From Chiloscyllium plagiosum (Eukaryota), in contig NC_057719.1 in assembly GCF_004010195.1 (NCBI RefSeq), positions 83,647,062 through 83,710,580 of the forward strand: a stretch of DNA of 63,519 nt, in the 5' to 3' direction. The number at the start of each line of letters is the position of its first letter. Within the stretch, counting starts at the first letter, position 1. The notes under the pieces are model-generated. The model did no database searches. It had not been told where the DNA came from and worked only from the letters and a program-made list of their open reading frames with translations. Shown in pieces: positions 13,163 through 24,000 of the stretch. A program made the position numbers and the translations under genes.

Positions 13163-14139
13163 AGGAGAGTTCTGAAAATGACAAAATGAGAATTTTGAAA
13201 AGGAGTTGAAGATAATGATGAATCTGAACAAATTTCACTGGTCAGATGGAGTTTTAGTCCTGTGATGAATGTATGAATTGCAGGCTGCTTTTATTGTCCA
13301 CCATTAGGTCTCATTTATACTTTAACAATATGGAGGACAGATTAGGTAAACTGTTATCCTAACAGTTAAGCAGTGAGGATTAACAGAAGGTTAAGAAATG
13401 GGGAAATACTAGTCGCTTTGGATTTGGTGATGACAAGACATTGAGATAATTAAACAGAGTTGTAATTCGATGTAAAATAATTGAGTTAAGCCATTTTATA
13501 AGCATGGATCTATGGTCTAATGAAATATCTGTGCTATTAAGTGAATCTTTTGTGAAAAGACACAAATGAAACTTGGCATGAAGCCAATATGTTCAGAAAG
13601 TCAATTGATCTGGGGTTTACTCAGTTAGGACATTATTGAAAAACTCAAGCCTGATTTTCCTCAGCGTTAGACATGTATTAATGACATTGTTTGATAAGAG
13701 TGAGAAAGAAGAAAAAAAGAAAATTGTCCTAAAGTTATCGTACATGCGAAAACTTAAAAATGCTGCTAAAGGGTGTAGCTATGTTCGATGAAGTGTCTTT
13801 GAGACCAGTAGAACAGATTAGTATGATGTGTGAAATCTGTAAACCCTATATTGCTGCATCCTATTAGAAGCCTTCCATTGGCATGTCATCTTAACTAAGT
13901 CACTGTTACGGATCTAAAAATATGGAACTAAGAAGGGAATTTTTTCATCCTGTATTATATGAATCTCTATTTAGTTTTTCTGTCATCAGATGTAGACAGG
14001 ACTTGGCCTTAAGCTACTGACCTTGGAACTAGCCAGACTATAGTGGAAAAGAATGGTAGGTCCCTGGTTGGAATTTAACTGCTGTTCTGACCAGTTTTAG
14101 AAATCCCCTTTTATGTGTGTGTGCACGATGGCATGCCTG

Positions 14140-14405
14140 AGTTTGTGCTGTTCTGCACTTCTGGCCTCTTGCCCACTTCCTTCATCCCACATCAATGACC
14201 ATGCCTTCAGCTGTCATGCACCAAGCTCTGAAATTCCCTCCCCGACCCACACCTTTCCGTCATCCCTGAAACCCAGTCCATTGCCCATACTTTTGGTCAG
14301 CTGCCTGTGTGGTTATGGCCAATTTTGTTCAGTAACTGTTCCTGTGGAGTGCCTCAGAATGTTTTATTGTGTTGAAAGCACTGTACAAATGCAATTGTTT
14401 GTTTG
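14140..14405 (+). mobile_element. L2-type LINE 3' end
   Basis: gccttcagctgtcatgcaccaagctctgaaattccctccc (cf. AFS..AP.LWNSLP) and L2-like tail ending gcaattgtttgtttg. Confidence 0.55.
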
Positions 14406-14904
14406 TGTCGATGGAGCATGTGGGAACTTATATCTGTATTTGATTATGTCTGTGCATATACATGTTGAACAGTCTATGTCCATGTATGTGTGTATATGTG
14501 TGAGCTGGTGTGTGTATCGTGTTAATGTGTCTGTGTACCTGTGCAAGCCTGTGTATCTTAGAATTGCAACAGCATTTGGAGTCTTTTAACTCAGTGCCAT
14601 AACCCTGCATATCCTATTTATTTAGATTATCATACAACTTCCTGTTGAATGATCCAATTAAACCTGCCTCCACCACATGCCTGAACCCTGGAACGTGTGG
14701 AAAAAAATTCCCGCTTTTTTTTCGCAAATCGTTTTAAAATCTTGTCTTCTGATTTGCAATCCTTTTTTTTTAAAAACCTGGAACAATTTCTCCCTATCCT
14801 TTCTCTTCCGATGTCGGAAAACTTCTATCAGGGTCTCCCCTCTGCCTCCTCCTCTCCATGGGAAACAATACCAGCTTCTCATCCCTGGAACCACAATCAT
14901 AAAC

Positions 14905-15232
14905 CTCTTAGAATTCCGAAGGTGTGGAAGCAGGCAATTCAGCCCATCAAATCCACACTGGTCCACCGAAGAGCATCCCACCCAGACCCACCCCACCACC
15001 TTATGCCTGCATTTCCCATGGCTAACCCACCTAGCCTGCACGTGTCAGCATGACGAATCCACCTAAACTTGCACATCTTGGGACTGTGGGAGGAAATTGG
15101 AGCACCCGGAGGAAACCCACGCGGACACGGGGAGAACGTGCAAACTTCACACACTTCAGTTGCCCGAAGGTGGGATCGAAACCGGGTCCTGCTATTGTGA
15201 GGCAGCAGTGCTGACCATTCATTCACCATGCC
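14905..15232 (-). mobile_element. HE1 SINE
   Basis: Antisense head, core and tail. Confidence 0.88.
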
Positions 15233-15365
15233 ATACTTCTGTATTCTCTCCGGTATGTTCACATCTTCCTTGCGGTGTGCTGTATATAACTGTGCACAAT
15301 ACTCCAGCTGAGATCTAATGTGTCCAATATCGATTCAGCATAACCTCTCTGCTATTCTAATCAAC

Positions 15366-16392
15366 AGGAGAAAGTGAGGGCTGCAGATAAAGGAGATCAG
15401 AGTCAAGAGTGTGGCGCTGGAAAAGCACAGCAGGTCAGGCAGCGTCTGAGAAGCAGGAGAGTTGACATTTCAGGCACAAGCCCTTCACCAGGAATGTTTG
15501 GAGGGTGGGGGGGAAGGAGGCTGAGAGATAAATAGGTGGGGGGTGTGTGGCTGGGTGGGAAGGTAGCTGGGAAGGCAAAGGATGGATGCAGGTGGGGGTG
15601 ATGCTGATAGGTCAGAGCCGAGGGTGGAGCGGATAGGTGGGAAGGAAGATGAACAGGTAGGATAGTTCAAGAGGGTGGTGCTGAGCTGGAGGGTTGGATT
15701 GGGATAAGGTGGTGGGAGGGGAGATGTGGAAACTGGTGAAATCGACATTGATTCCTTGTGGTTGGAGTGTCCCAAGGCAGAAGATGAGGGGTTCTTCCTC
15801 CATGCGTTGGGTGGCTAGAGTCTGGCAGTGGAGGAGGCCCAGGACTTGCATGTCCTTGGCAGGTGGTAAAGTGTTCGACCACAGGGCAGTGGGATTGTTT
15901 TGTGCGTGTGTCCCAGAGTTGTTCCCTGAAATGTTCCGTAAGTTGGCGTCCTGTCTCCCCAATGTAGAGGAGACCACATCGAGAGCAATGGACACTGTAC
16001 ATGAGATGTGTGGAGGTGCAGGAAAATCTCTGTCAGATGTGGAAGGATCCTTTTGGGGCCTTGGATGGAGGTGAGGGGGGAGATCTGTGCACTGGATATA
16101 CACCACTTGCGGTGGCAAGGGAAGGTGCTGGGAGTGGTGGGTGGATGGGGGTGTGGGGCGTGGACCTAACGAGGGAGTCGTAGAGGGAATGGTCTCTGTA
16201 GAACACAGATGGGTGTGGGGAGGGAAATGTATCTCTGGTGGTGGGGTCTGACTGTAGGTGGCAGAAATGGCGGGGGATGACGCGTTGTAGGATGGAGATT
16301 AGTGGGATGGAAGGTGAGAACTGGGGTGGGGCTCAACCCTTGTTGTGGTTGGCAGGAAGTGGGGGAGATGTGTTGAAGGGCATTGTTGACCA
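15366..16392 (-). mobile_element. Penelope-like element 3' part with GIY-YIG endonuclease
   Basis: ORF 15667-16002 YSVHCSRCGLLYIGETGRQLTEHFREQL; MEEEPLIFCLGTLQPQGINVDF; terminal repeat with decayed hammerhead motif 15366-15495. Confidence 0.9.
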
Positions 16393-16479
16393 TGTGGGAG
16401 GGATGCTCTTTGGAGGATCAGTGTGGACTCACTGGCCTGCTTTCACACCGGAGGGATTCTATGATTTATCAACTCTCAG

Positions 16480-17200
16480 CTCTTCCCGTCGCTGAGTTAC
16501 CTCTTTTGTCACCATGGTCTGGGCAGCATCTTCCTTTTCCAGTAAGATACAAAGCAAAGGTCCTAGTTAAGACCTCAGCCACGTCTCTTGGCTCTTTGTA
16601 TAAATCATCTTTATGGTCCATAATTGGCCCTTTTACCTCCTCTTTACTGCTGATGTAAAGCTTAAAGAAGAGATTTCCCTTTATCTTAGCTGCCAGTCCT
16701 TCTTTATGATCCCTCTTCACTTCACTTACTTGCCTTTTCCCTTCCCTTGTGAACCTTTTTCATTCAACTCCATTTTATTTAGTACCTGACACCTCTCCCA
16801 ATCAGACACTTTCCTTCTTTAAATCATTTTCAATCTCCTTTACCATCCAGGGAGCTCTGGATTTGTTTTTGCTCTACCTTTCCGTTTTGAGGAACTATAC
16901 GTTGACTGTGTTTCGAGCATCGCCTTTCTGAAGGTAGCCCATTGGAACTGAAGATTGCAGGAGAAGCTAATGAGCTGTGCCAGCTCCACCTTTGCCCCAT
17001 TGAGGTCCGCTGTACCAGTTGAACTTTCTTACTCTGGATTGGTCAATGTCCTGTACCTGCAACATTGTAAAGTTTATGATACAAAGATTACTGCCACCCA
17101 CCGCAAGCCCCTCACACCCCCCAAAAATGTCCCCACTGTCATTTGATTGACTTGGCCCACCTCAGTCCCAAGAATCAGGTCTAGCAGTGCCTTCCTGGAC
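16480..17200 (-). mobile_element. Old CR1 fragment (EN-RT linker)
   Basis: LAAKIKGNLFFKLYISSK..VKGPI..DVAEVL. Confidence 0.6.
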
Positions 17201-17204
17201 ATAT

Positions 17205-17519
17205 TACATTAGATTATTAGATTACTTACAGTGTGGAAACAGGCCCTTCGGCCCAACAAGTCCACACCGACCCGCCGAGGCGCAACCCACCCATACTCCT
17301 ACATTTACCCCTTATCTAACACTTCGGGCAATTTAGTATGGCCAATTCACCTGACCTGCACATCTTTGGACTGTGGGAGGAAACTGGAGCACCCGGAGGA
17401 AACCCACGCAGACATGGGGAGAACGTGCAAACTCCACACAGTCAGTCGCCTGAGGCGGGAATTGAACCCAGGTTTCTGGCGCTGTGAGGCAGCAGTGCTA
17501 ACCACTGTGCCACTGTGCT
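17205..17519 (-). mobile_element. HE1 SINE (subfamily with ggttgcgc..ggcgggtcgg tail, also at 56280)
   Basis: Full antisense head, core and (atcta)n tail. Confidence 0.92.
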
Positions 17520-17539
17520 GTACAGAATTCTCCAAAACA

Positions 17540-18002
17540 TGTGGCACAGTAGCCAAGTGGTCAGCACTGCCACCTCACAGTGTCAGGGATCTGGGTTTGA
17601 TTCCAGCCTCGGGCGACTGTCTGTGTGGAGTTTACACATTCTCCCCACGTCTGTGTGGGTTTCCTATAGGTGCTCCGGTTTCCTCCCATAGTCCAAAGAT
17701 TTGAGGGTTAAGTAGATTGCCAGGGATGTGCAGGTTAGGGTGGATTGGCCATGCTAAATTGCCCATAGAATCCAGGGATGTGCAGGTTAGATGGATTGGC
17801 CATGGTAAATTGCCCATAGTATCCAGGGATGTGCAGGTTAGGTGGACTGGCCATGGTAAATTGCCCATGGTATCCAGCGATGCATAGGCTAGGTGGATCA
17901 GCGCTGGGTAATGTGGGTTTACAGGGACAGGATACATGGGGAATGCTGTTGGATGGTCAGTGTGGACCCAAAATGCCTCCTCCCACACTGTAGGGATTCT
18001 AT
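17540..18002 (+). mobile_element. HE1 SINE with internal ~51-bp tandem expansion
   Basis: cagggatgtgcaggttag..ggccatg.taaattgcccatag x3.5 at 17720-17900. Confidence 0.9.
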
Positions 18003-18842
18003 TTCACGTACCTGTGTTCATGTGAGAAGTCTGGGTAAACCTCTGTATTGTTTGGAATGCACAAAGAATTTAAGTGCATGGGCTCTTTAAAGTTCTGTAA
18101 GCTTGCATTCCTACTATTGGGTACTGTGAAATTTCCAGGGAACGCTACTTGAGAATATCCATACACACATGTTTGCTGCTGAACACAAGCTCGATTCTGC
18201 AATTTGCAAGTCAGCTTTGTATTACAGTGCTTCACCGTATATCATCTTCATCAAAGTTGTTTATGGCCCACCCTCTGCAAACAAGGCCAAACCTCTGTAA
18301 TACGTTATGGTGTCACTGCAGCAAAAGATATTCAGCTGTTTACGTGTGGTGAATGTTCGATTAAGCGTGTACAATCTGTTCAGTTCAGTTCTGTAAAAGA
18401 CCACGCCCAGGCCGGTTGAGAAAATCAAACAAGTCAGCGCAATCTACAAGAACGTGCAAGAAGTCCCTTGCAGAGTACAACACTGTTGCATGATGCCCTA
18501 CAATGACTGGGAAACCCCCTAACAGCCCCACTCCCTTTCCCAGGCAGGTTCTGGCACACCTTTGCCCCCGTGGGCCTCTTCTCGTTCCCCACTGCCACTT
18601 ACAGGAACAGGAAAAGGCTACTCATCCCTCAAACTTGTTCCATCATTCAGTCGCATTGGACTCAACTGAACAGTTCTGCTCAGCACTACACAGCCCTTAA
18701 CCAACATCACGAAACGCAGAAAATCTGGCCGTTATTGTTTTGTGGGACATCATCACACACAGACTGACAGCAGTGTGTTCTTCAATGCACTGACTAGACT
18801 TTAAAATACTTCCAAGATCCCAGCTAATAACTCGCTCCCTGC

Positions 18843-19020
18843 TATCCATTATTCTGAAAATAAACCAGCAGAACCCCCCGATTAGATTCCAGTCTGTAAC
18901 TTACTCTTGTGTATCCATTGTTCTTTATATAAACCATCTGAACCCATCCATTAGATTTCAGTCTGTATCTCACTCCCAGTGATACATTGTTCAATATAGA
19001 AACCATCTGAACCCCTCGAT
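18843..19020. repeat. ~69-bp tandem repeat, ~2.6 copies
   Basis: tatccatt..aaacca.c.gaaccc..attagatt.cagtctgta recurs at ~18843, 18912, 18982. Confidence 0.7.
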
Positions 19021-19312
19021 TCACAGCTGGGGTGTCCTGTTCTGGGAAATGACAATCTCACCTTTTCAGTTGTACCCGTCCAGCGATACCAAAGAAGATT
19101 CTAGCCTTGAGATTTTGAGCATCACTGCGTATGGTTGTAAAATGGGAAAAATGAGAATCAATTTAGCAGGGCAGATACTCTACCAGAAGCATAATTCTCA
19201 ATTCAGTACACTACTGGACTGTAGCTCTCATGCCAACTCAACTTCTAAAAACAACTTCCAATCCACCTGCTCAGAGATGGTATGATACACCTCTGGAAAA
19301 AGATGGGACTTT

Positions 19313-19573
19313 TTAGATTAGATTCCCTACAGTGTGGAAACAGGCCCTTCGGTCCAACAAGTCCACACTGACCCTTTGAAGAATAACCCACCCAGACCCA
19401 TTTCCCTCTGACTAATGCACCTAACACTACGGGCAATTTAGCATCTTTGGACTGTGGGAGGAAACCCACACAGACACAGGGAGAGTGTGCAAACTCCACA
19501 CAGCCCAAGGCTGGAATTGAACCTGGGACCTTGGTGCTGTGAGGCAGCAGTGCTAACCACTGAACCACCATGC
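19313..19573 (-). mobile_element. HE1 SINE (internally deleted)
   Basis: Antisense head and tail. Confidence 0.9.
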
Positions 19574-19771
19574 TGAACCCAGGCCTTCTGGCTCAAAGGG
19601 AGGGATGCTACCACTGCACCACAAGAACCTCAACTTTTACACTTGCTGAAATCAGCCTTGAATTGACATATCCAGGTCACAAGAGACCAAACTATGGCTG
19701 TCCTTAAATGGTCTTCTACAGGTTGTAGAAGAGAAAGGCCTGAAACCATTGAAAATTCACTCTCCGTTTCT

Positions 19772-20105
19772 AAAAAATAACCCATTCACAGGATGAGGGC
19801 ATTCCTGGCTGGGCCAGTATTTATTGCCCATCCTGGCTTGCCCAGAAGGCTGTTTAAGAGTCAACCACATTGCTGTGGGTCTGGAGTGACATGTAGGCCC
19901 AGACCAGGTAAGGATGGCAGTTTCCTTCCCGAAAGGGCGTTAGTGAACCAGATGGGTTTTTCCCCAACAATCGACATCATTTAATTATAGCTTTTTTAAA
20001 AAAAAATTGAATTCAAATTCCACCATCTGCCACGGCAGGATTGGAACACTGAGCCCCAGGTCTTTGGATGAATAGTCCACTGATAATACCAGTAACTCAC
20101 GGCCT
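19772..20105 (-). mobile_element. Second SINE family whose 3' tail matches the LINE at 288-2692
   Basis: Antisense gggcaataaatactggcccagccag tail at 19790-19835; tRNA-like head near 20020-20100; partial copies at ~25360-25530 and ~57402-57547. Confidence 0.65.
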
Positions 20106-21032
20106 GCTGATGCGTTGTGGCTTGTTTTTATTCTTGCACCCATACACCATCATCCTACCATCCCTCCCACAACACATCGCTTTTGTTTATCAGCTTCCAG
20201 CTGACCCTGGGGTGGCCTGTTAGCATCCACAGTTGATCAGAATTATGGTGACTGGAGTTCCTCTTCTCTGACACACTGCAAGCACCTCTCCCTCATTATG
20301 GGTACACTATATGTTTAATTCCTCAGAGATAAAAGCAGGATTCCAATGGAGACAAAATCAGGGAAACAGTTCTAACTGGAAGCCGGGAAAGCAGTCCTGC
20401 ATTCCAACGGGGCAGTCTCACACATTTCTGTCTCAGTCTCTGGCTCTGTGAGCATTGCAGAACTGCTTATTACTAGCTGCCTTTGAATCAGGGCTTCAAT
20501 AGGCTCTCTGTGGAAAGAATCAATCACTAATCTTCAGCAGGGCCCAGAGGCCGACAGCAAATTAAAAAGATAATGAGTTGTGAAGGGCAGAGGGCCCTAA
20601 TCAGGAGCTCTTCCACACACCCATTCTCATTATCTGGACTTTGCTTAGAATGGACAAGGCAAGACGTTGTTTGCCGTCATGAATGATGCCTCCATGTTGC
20701 AGTCTGATGGTTTGTAGTTTGTTTGACTAGGGCGGGAAAGGACCTTGAGAAACTGCGACAAAAGGGAATCTCACGCAGCATTCAAAACCGAAGAACATTC
20801 CACGGCTGGAGAAAGGGATAATGAAGCATGTGAGAGAGAGAGAGAGAGAAAGAAAGAGAGAGAGAGAGGCATTTATGCCTGAGACATTCTTGCCATACCC
20901 TCCCTTAACTGTAGGTTAAAAACTAAGTTGGTTTCAGCTGGCTGTGGGTGAAGAGTTCTGTCTCCTCTGCCTCTGATTCATCAAGAAGCAGCTGAGAGAG
21001 AGAGAGTGTAATGCTCCCATCCCAGCTCTCAT

Positions 21033-24000
21033 TCAGAGGTGCATGAGCTCAGCCCGCTGCTGCAAGTCACCAGGGAGGTAGCCTTTGAGGACTTTGCCCA
21101 CTATCTCATCGCCGCAAAGGTCAGGACCCAGTTCCCAATGAGGGTGTGTTGGGTGTTTTACCAAGAGAGATTTATCCGAGGACAGACGTCGTGGATGAGG
21201 TGGAGGGAAGCCGTGCTGTCAGAACAGGTCAGGTTGATCAAGCACTGAGGGTGGTGTCTACCTGTCACCTACAGGGACTGATGTACGAACAGAGTGTCCA
21301 TAGTCCAATGCTCCTACATACACTGCACTGATCCCTACAATGTGGAAGCAGGCCACTCAGCCCATCAAGTGTACACTGACCCCTCCATAGAGCATCGCAC
21401 CCTACTACCCTATCCCTGTAAGCCCGCATTTCCTATAGCTAACCCACCTAGCCTGCACATCCCTAGACACTCTGAGCAATTCGGCACAGCCAATTCACCT
21501 AACCTGCACCTCTTTGGACTGTGGGATGAAACACACATAGACACAGGAAGAACATGCAAACTCACACAGACAATCACCCAAGGTTGGAATTGAACCCAGG
21601 CCCCTGGTGCTATGAGGCAGCAGTGCTAACCACTGAGCCACCATTCCACATGCTGTGCTGATCTTTGTTCCCAACATACATGATCTGTGTTCTTGTACAC
21701 ATAACATTAATTATATTCTCACCAATGGGTGGGATTTTACTTCTCGGTGGTGGTGTGAACTGGGCATTGCCATCAGTTTTCGTTATTCCGAAGTTGTTAC
21801 CCATTAAAACACAGCTCGGTATGAGAGAGCAGTAAAGTAGACACTCCTGTCTCACTGTGGCTAACAGCATTTAAAAGGACAATGTGAACATTGTCATTGC
21901 TCTCTGTCACTAAGGGCAATGACAGAGAAATAGCCTGGATTTCTTTGGCTCTAGAGGGCATGGTCTCCATCTCATCCGAACAGAACAAACTCACTATCCT
22001 GTCAGGGAAGATGCTTACAAATGTGGTCACTCCTCATCCCACCCTGACCAGCTTCTTTCAGAGGGGTCCTACACTGACACAATGCTGAAAATGTGTTGCT
22101 GGAAAAGCGCAGCAGGTCAGGCAGCGTCCAGGGAACAGGAGAATCGACGTTTCGGGCATAAGCCCTTCAGGAAGTCCTGAAGAAGGGCTCATGCCCGAAA
22201 CGTCAATTCTCCTGCTCCCTGGATGCTGCCTGACCTGCTGCGCTTTTCCAGCAACACATTTTTCAGCTCTGATCTCCAGCATCTGCAGTCCTCACTTTCC
22301 CCTCAAAGACTGACGCAATGCTGCCAATCTCAGAAGCTGATGGAACAAGTTTCCAAATCCCTGTGGTAGTCCATCATTCTACTTTAGCCTTTAATTCCAC
22401 GGTGATGTTCAGGCAGGCTCAAGCCTGTGGAATGTGATGTTTCCCGTGGAAGTGTTGCTAAGCTTCCCCTGGCACCTCGGAAGTGAATGATAAAATGGTA
22501 TTCCCATCAAGGGCGTCCAAACATGAGGTGATCTATCTGTGTTGTGTCACCAGCAAATGTATGGAGGAACTGAATGGACAGGATAGGCGGATGGAGAAAG
22601 TTATTGGTGTGAACTCCAACCCGATTTTAATCCAATTACTCCTATTCCAGCTCTCTCTGTCGTCTCTCTCCATGGGATTGGCACAGGTTTCTCATGCAAA
22701 CTGTCTGGTTTTGCCTTCCTTGAGTTTTCCCTCACGTTGGTTATGTGTTGCATTTTGAATCTGAATAAACAGCAACTATGAAGAAGGGAAATTCAAAAAC
22801 TAGCACTGGAATATTTAAATGATGATACTTGACTATTAGACTTCAACTAGTTGAGTCTGGCAATGATTTTTTAAAAATTCATGGCATGTAGGCATTGATA
22901 GCTGGGCCAGCATTTATTGCCTGTCCCTAGTTGCCCCCTTGAGAAGGCAGAGGTGAGCTGCTGCAGCCCATCTGCTGTAGGTTGACCCACAATGCCATTA
23001 GGGAAGAGAGTTCCAGGATATTGTCCCAGTAGCAGTGAGGGAATGGCAATATATTTCCAAGTCAGGATGGTGAGTGGTGTGGTGGTGGTGTTCCCATGTA
23101 TCTGCTGCCCTTGTCCTTCTACATGGAAGTGATGGTGTGGAGCTGCCACTGCTGGACTGGGGTGGGCAAGCCGTCAGAAGCCACACGACACCAGGCTGTA
23201 GCCCAACAGGTTTATTTGGAATCACAAGCTTTCAGAGCGCTGTTCCTTCATCAGGGGAAGCATCACTCCTAAAGCTTGTGATTTCAAATAAACCTGTTGG
23301 GCTATAACCTGGTGTTGTGTGACTGCTGACCTAAATGGAAGTGACCATGGGTTTGGAATGTGCTGTCTGAGGATTTTTAGTGCAGGGCATCTTGTAGATG
23401 GTACACTCTGCTGCTACTGAGCGTCAGTGGTGAAGGGAGTGGATGTGGTGCCAATCAATTGGGCTGCTTTGTCCTGGATTGTGTCAAGCTTCTTGAGTGT
23501 TGATGAGATTCCCTACAGTGTGGAAACAGGCCCTTCAGTCCAACAAATCCACACCACCCTCCGAAGAGTAACCCACCCAGACCCATTTCCCTCTGACTAA
23601 TGCACCTAATACCACGGGCAATTTAGAACCTTTCGGAAACATGGGAGGAAACCCACACAGACATGGGAAGAATGTGCAAACTCCACACAGTTGACTGAGG
23701 TGGGAATTGAACCTGGGTCCATGGTGCTGTGAGGCAGCAGTGCGAACCACTGAGCCACCGTACCCCCCCTATTGTTGGGGCTGCACTCAACCAGGCAAAT
23801 GGGGAGTATGTTGAAACTTTATTGCTGGAACAGCACAGCAGGTCAGGCAGCATCCAGGGAACAGGAGACTTGACGTTTCGGGCACAGGCCCTTCTTCAGG
23901 GAGTATTCCATCACAGTCCAGACTCATGCCTTGGAGGTGGTGGACAGGCTTCGGGGAGTCAGGAGGTGAGTTACTCCCTGAAGTATTCCAAGCCTCTGAC

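Larger units (their letters stand above)
10020..14000 (+). mobile_element. Degenerate Ty1/copia (GalEa-like) LTR retrotransposon internal region gag-protease-integrase, split by at least five younger insertions
   Basis: gag YDYPP..EVDMW (10027-10149), DLLNAYE..YSMEEYTKEFNKLY (~10970-11070), zinc knuckle NRCFRCN (12361), FGFGDDKTL..VVIRCKI..ISVLLSES (~13415-13550), integrase KLKMLLK..CEICK..SLPLA..TDLKIW..FILYY (~13750-13960); integrase directly follows protease (copia order). Confidence 0.7.

Noticed and set aside
14113..14610. 158-aa Cys/Val-rich ORF
   Set aside because: L2 3' remnant plus TG-rich low-complexity sequence.
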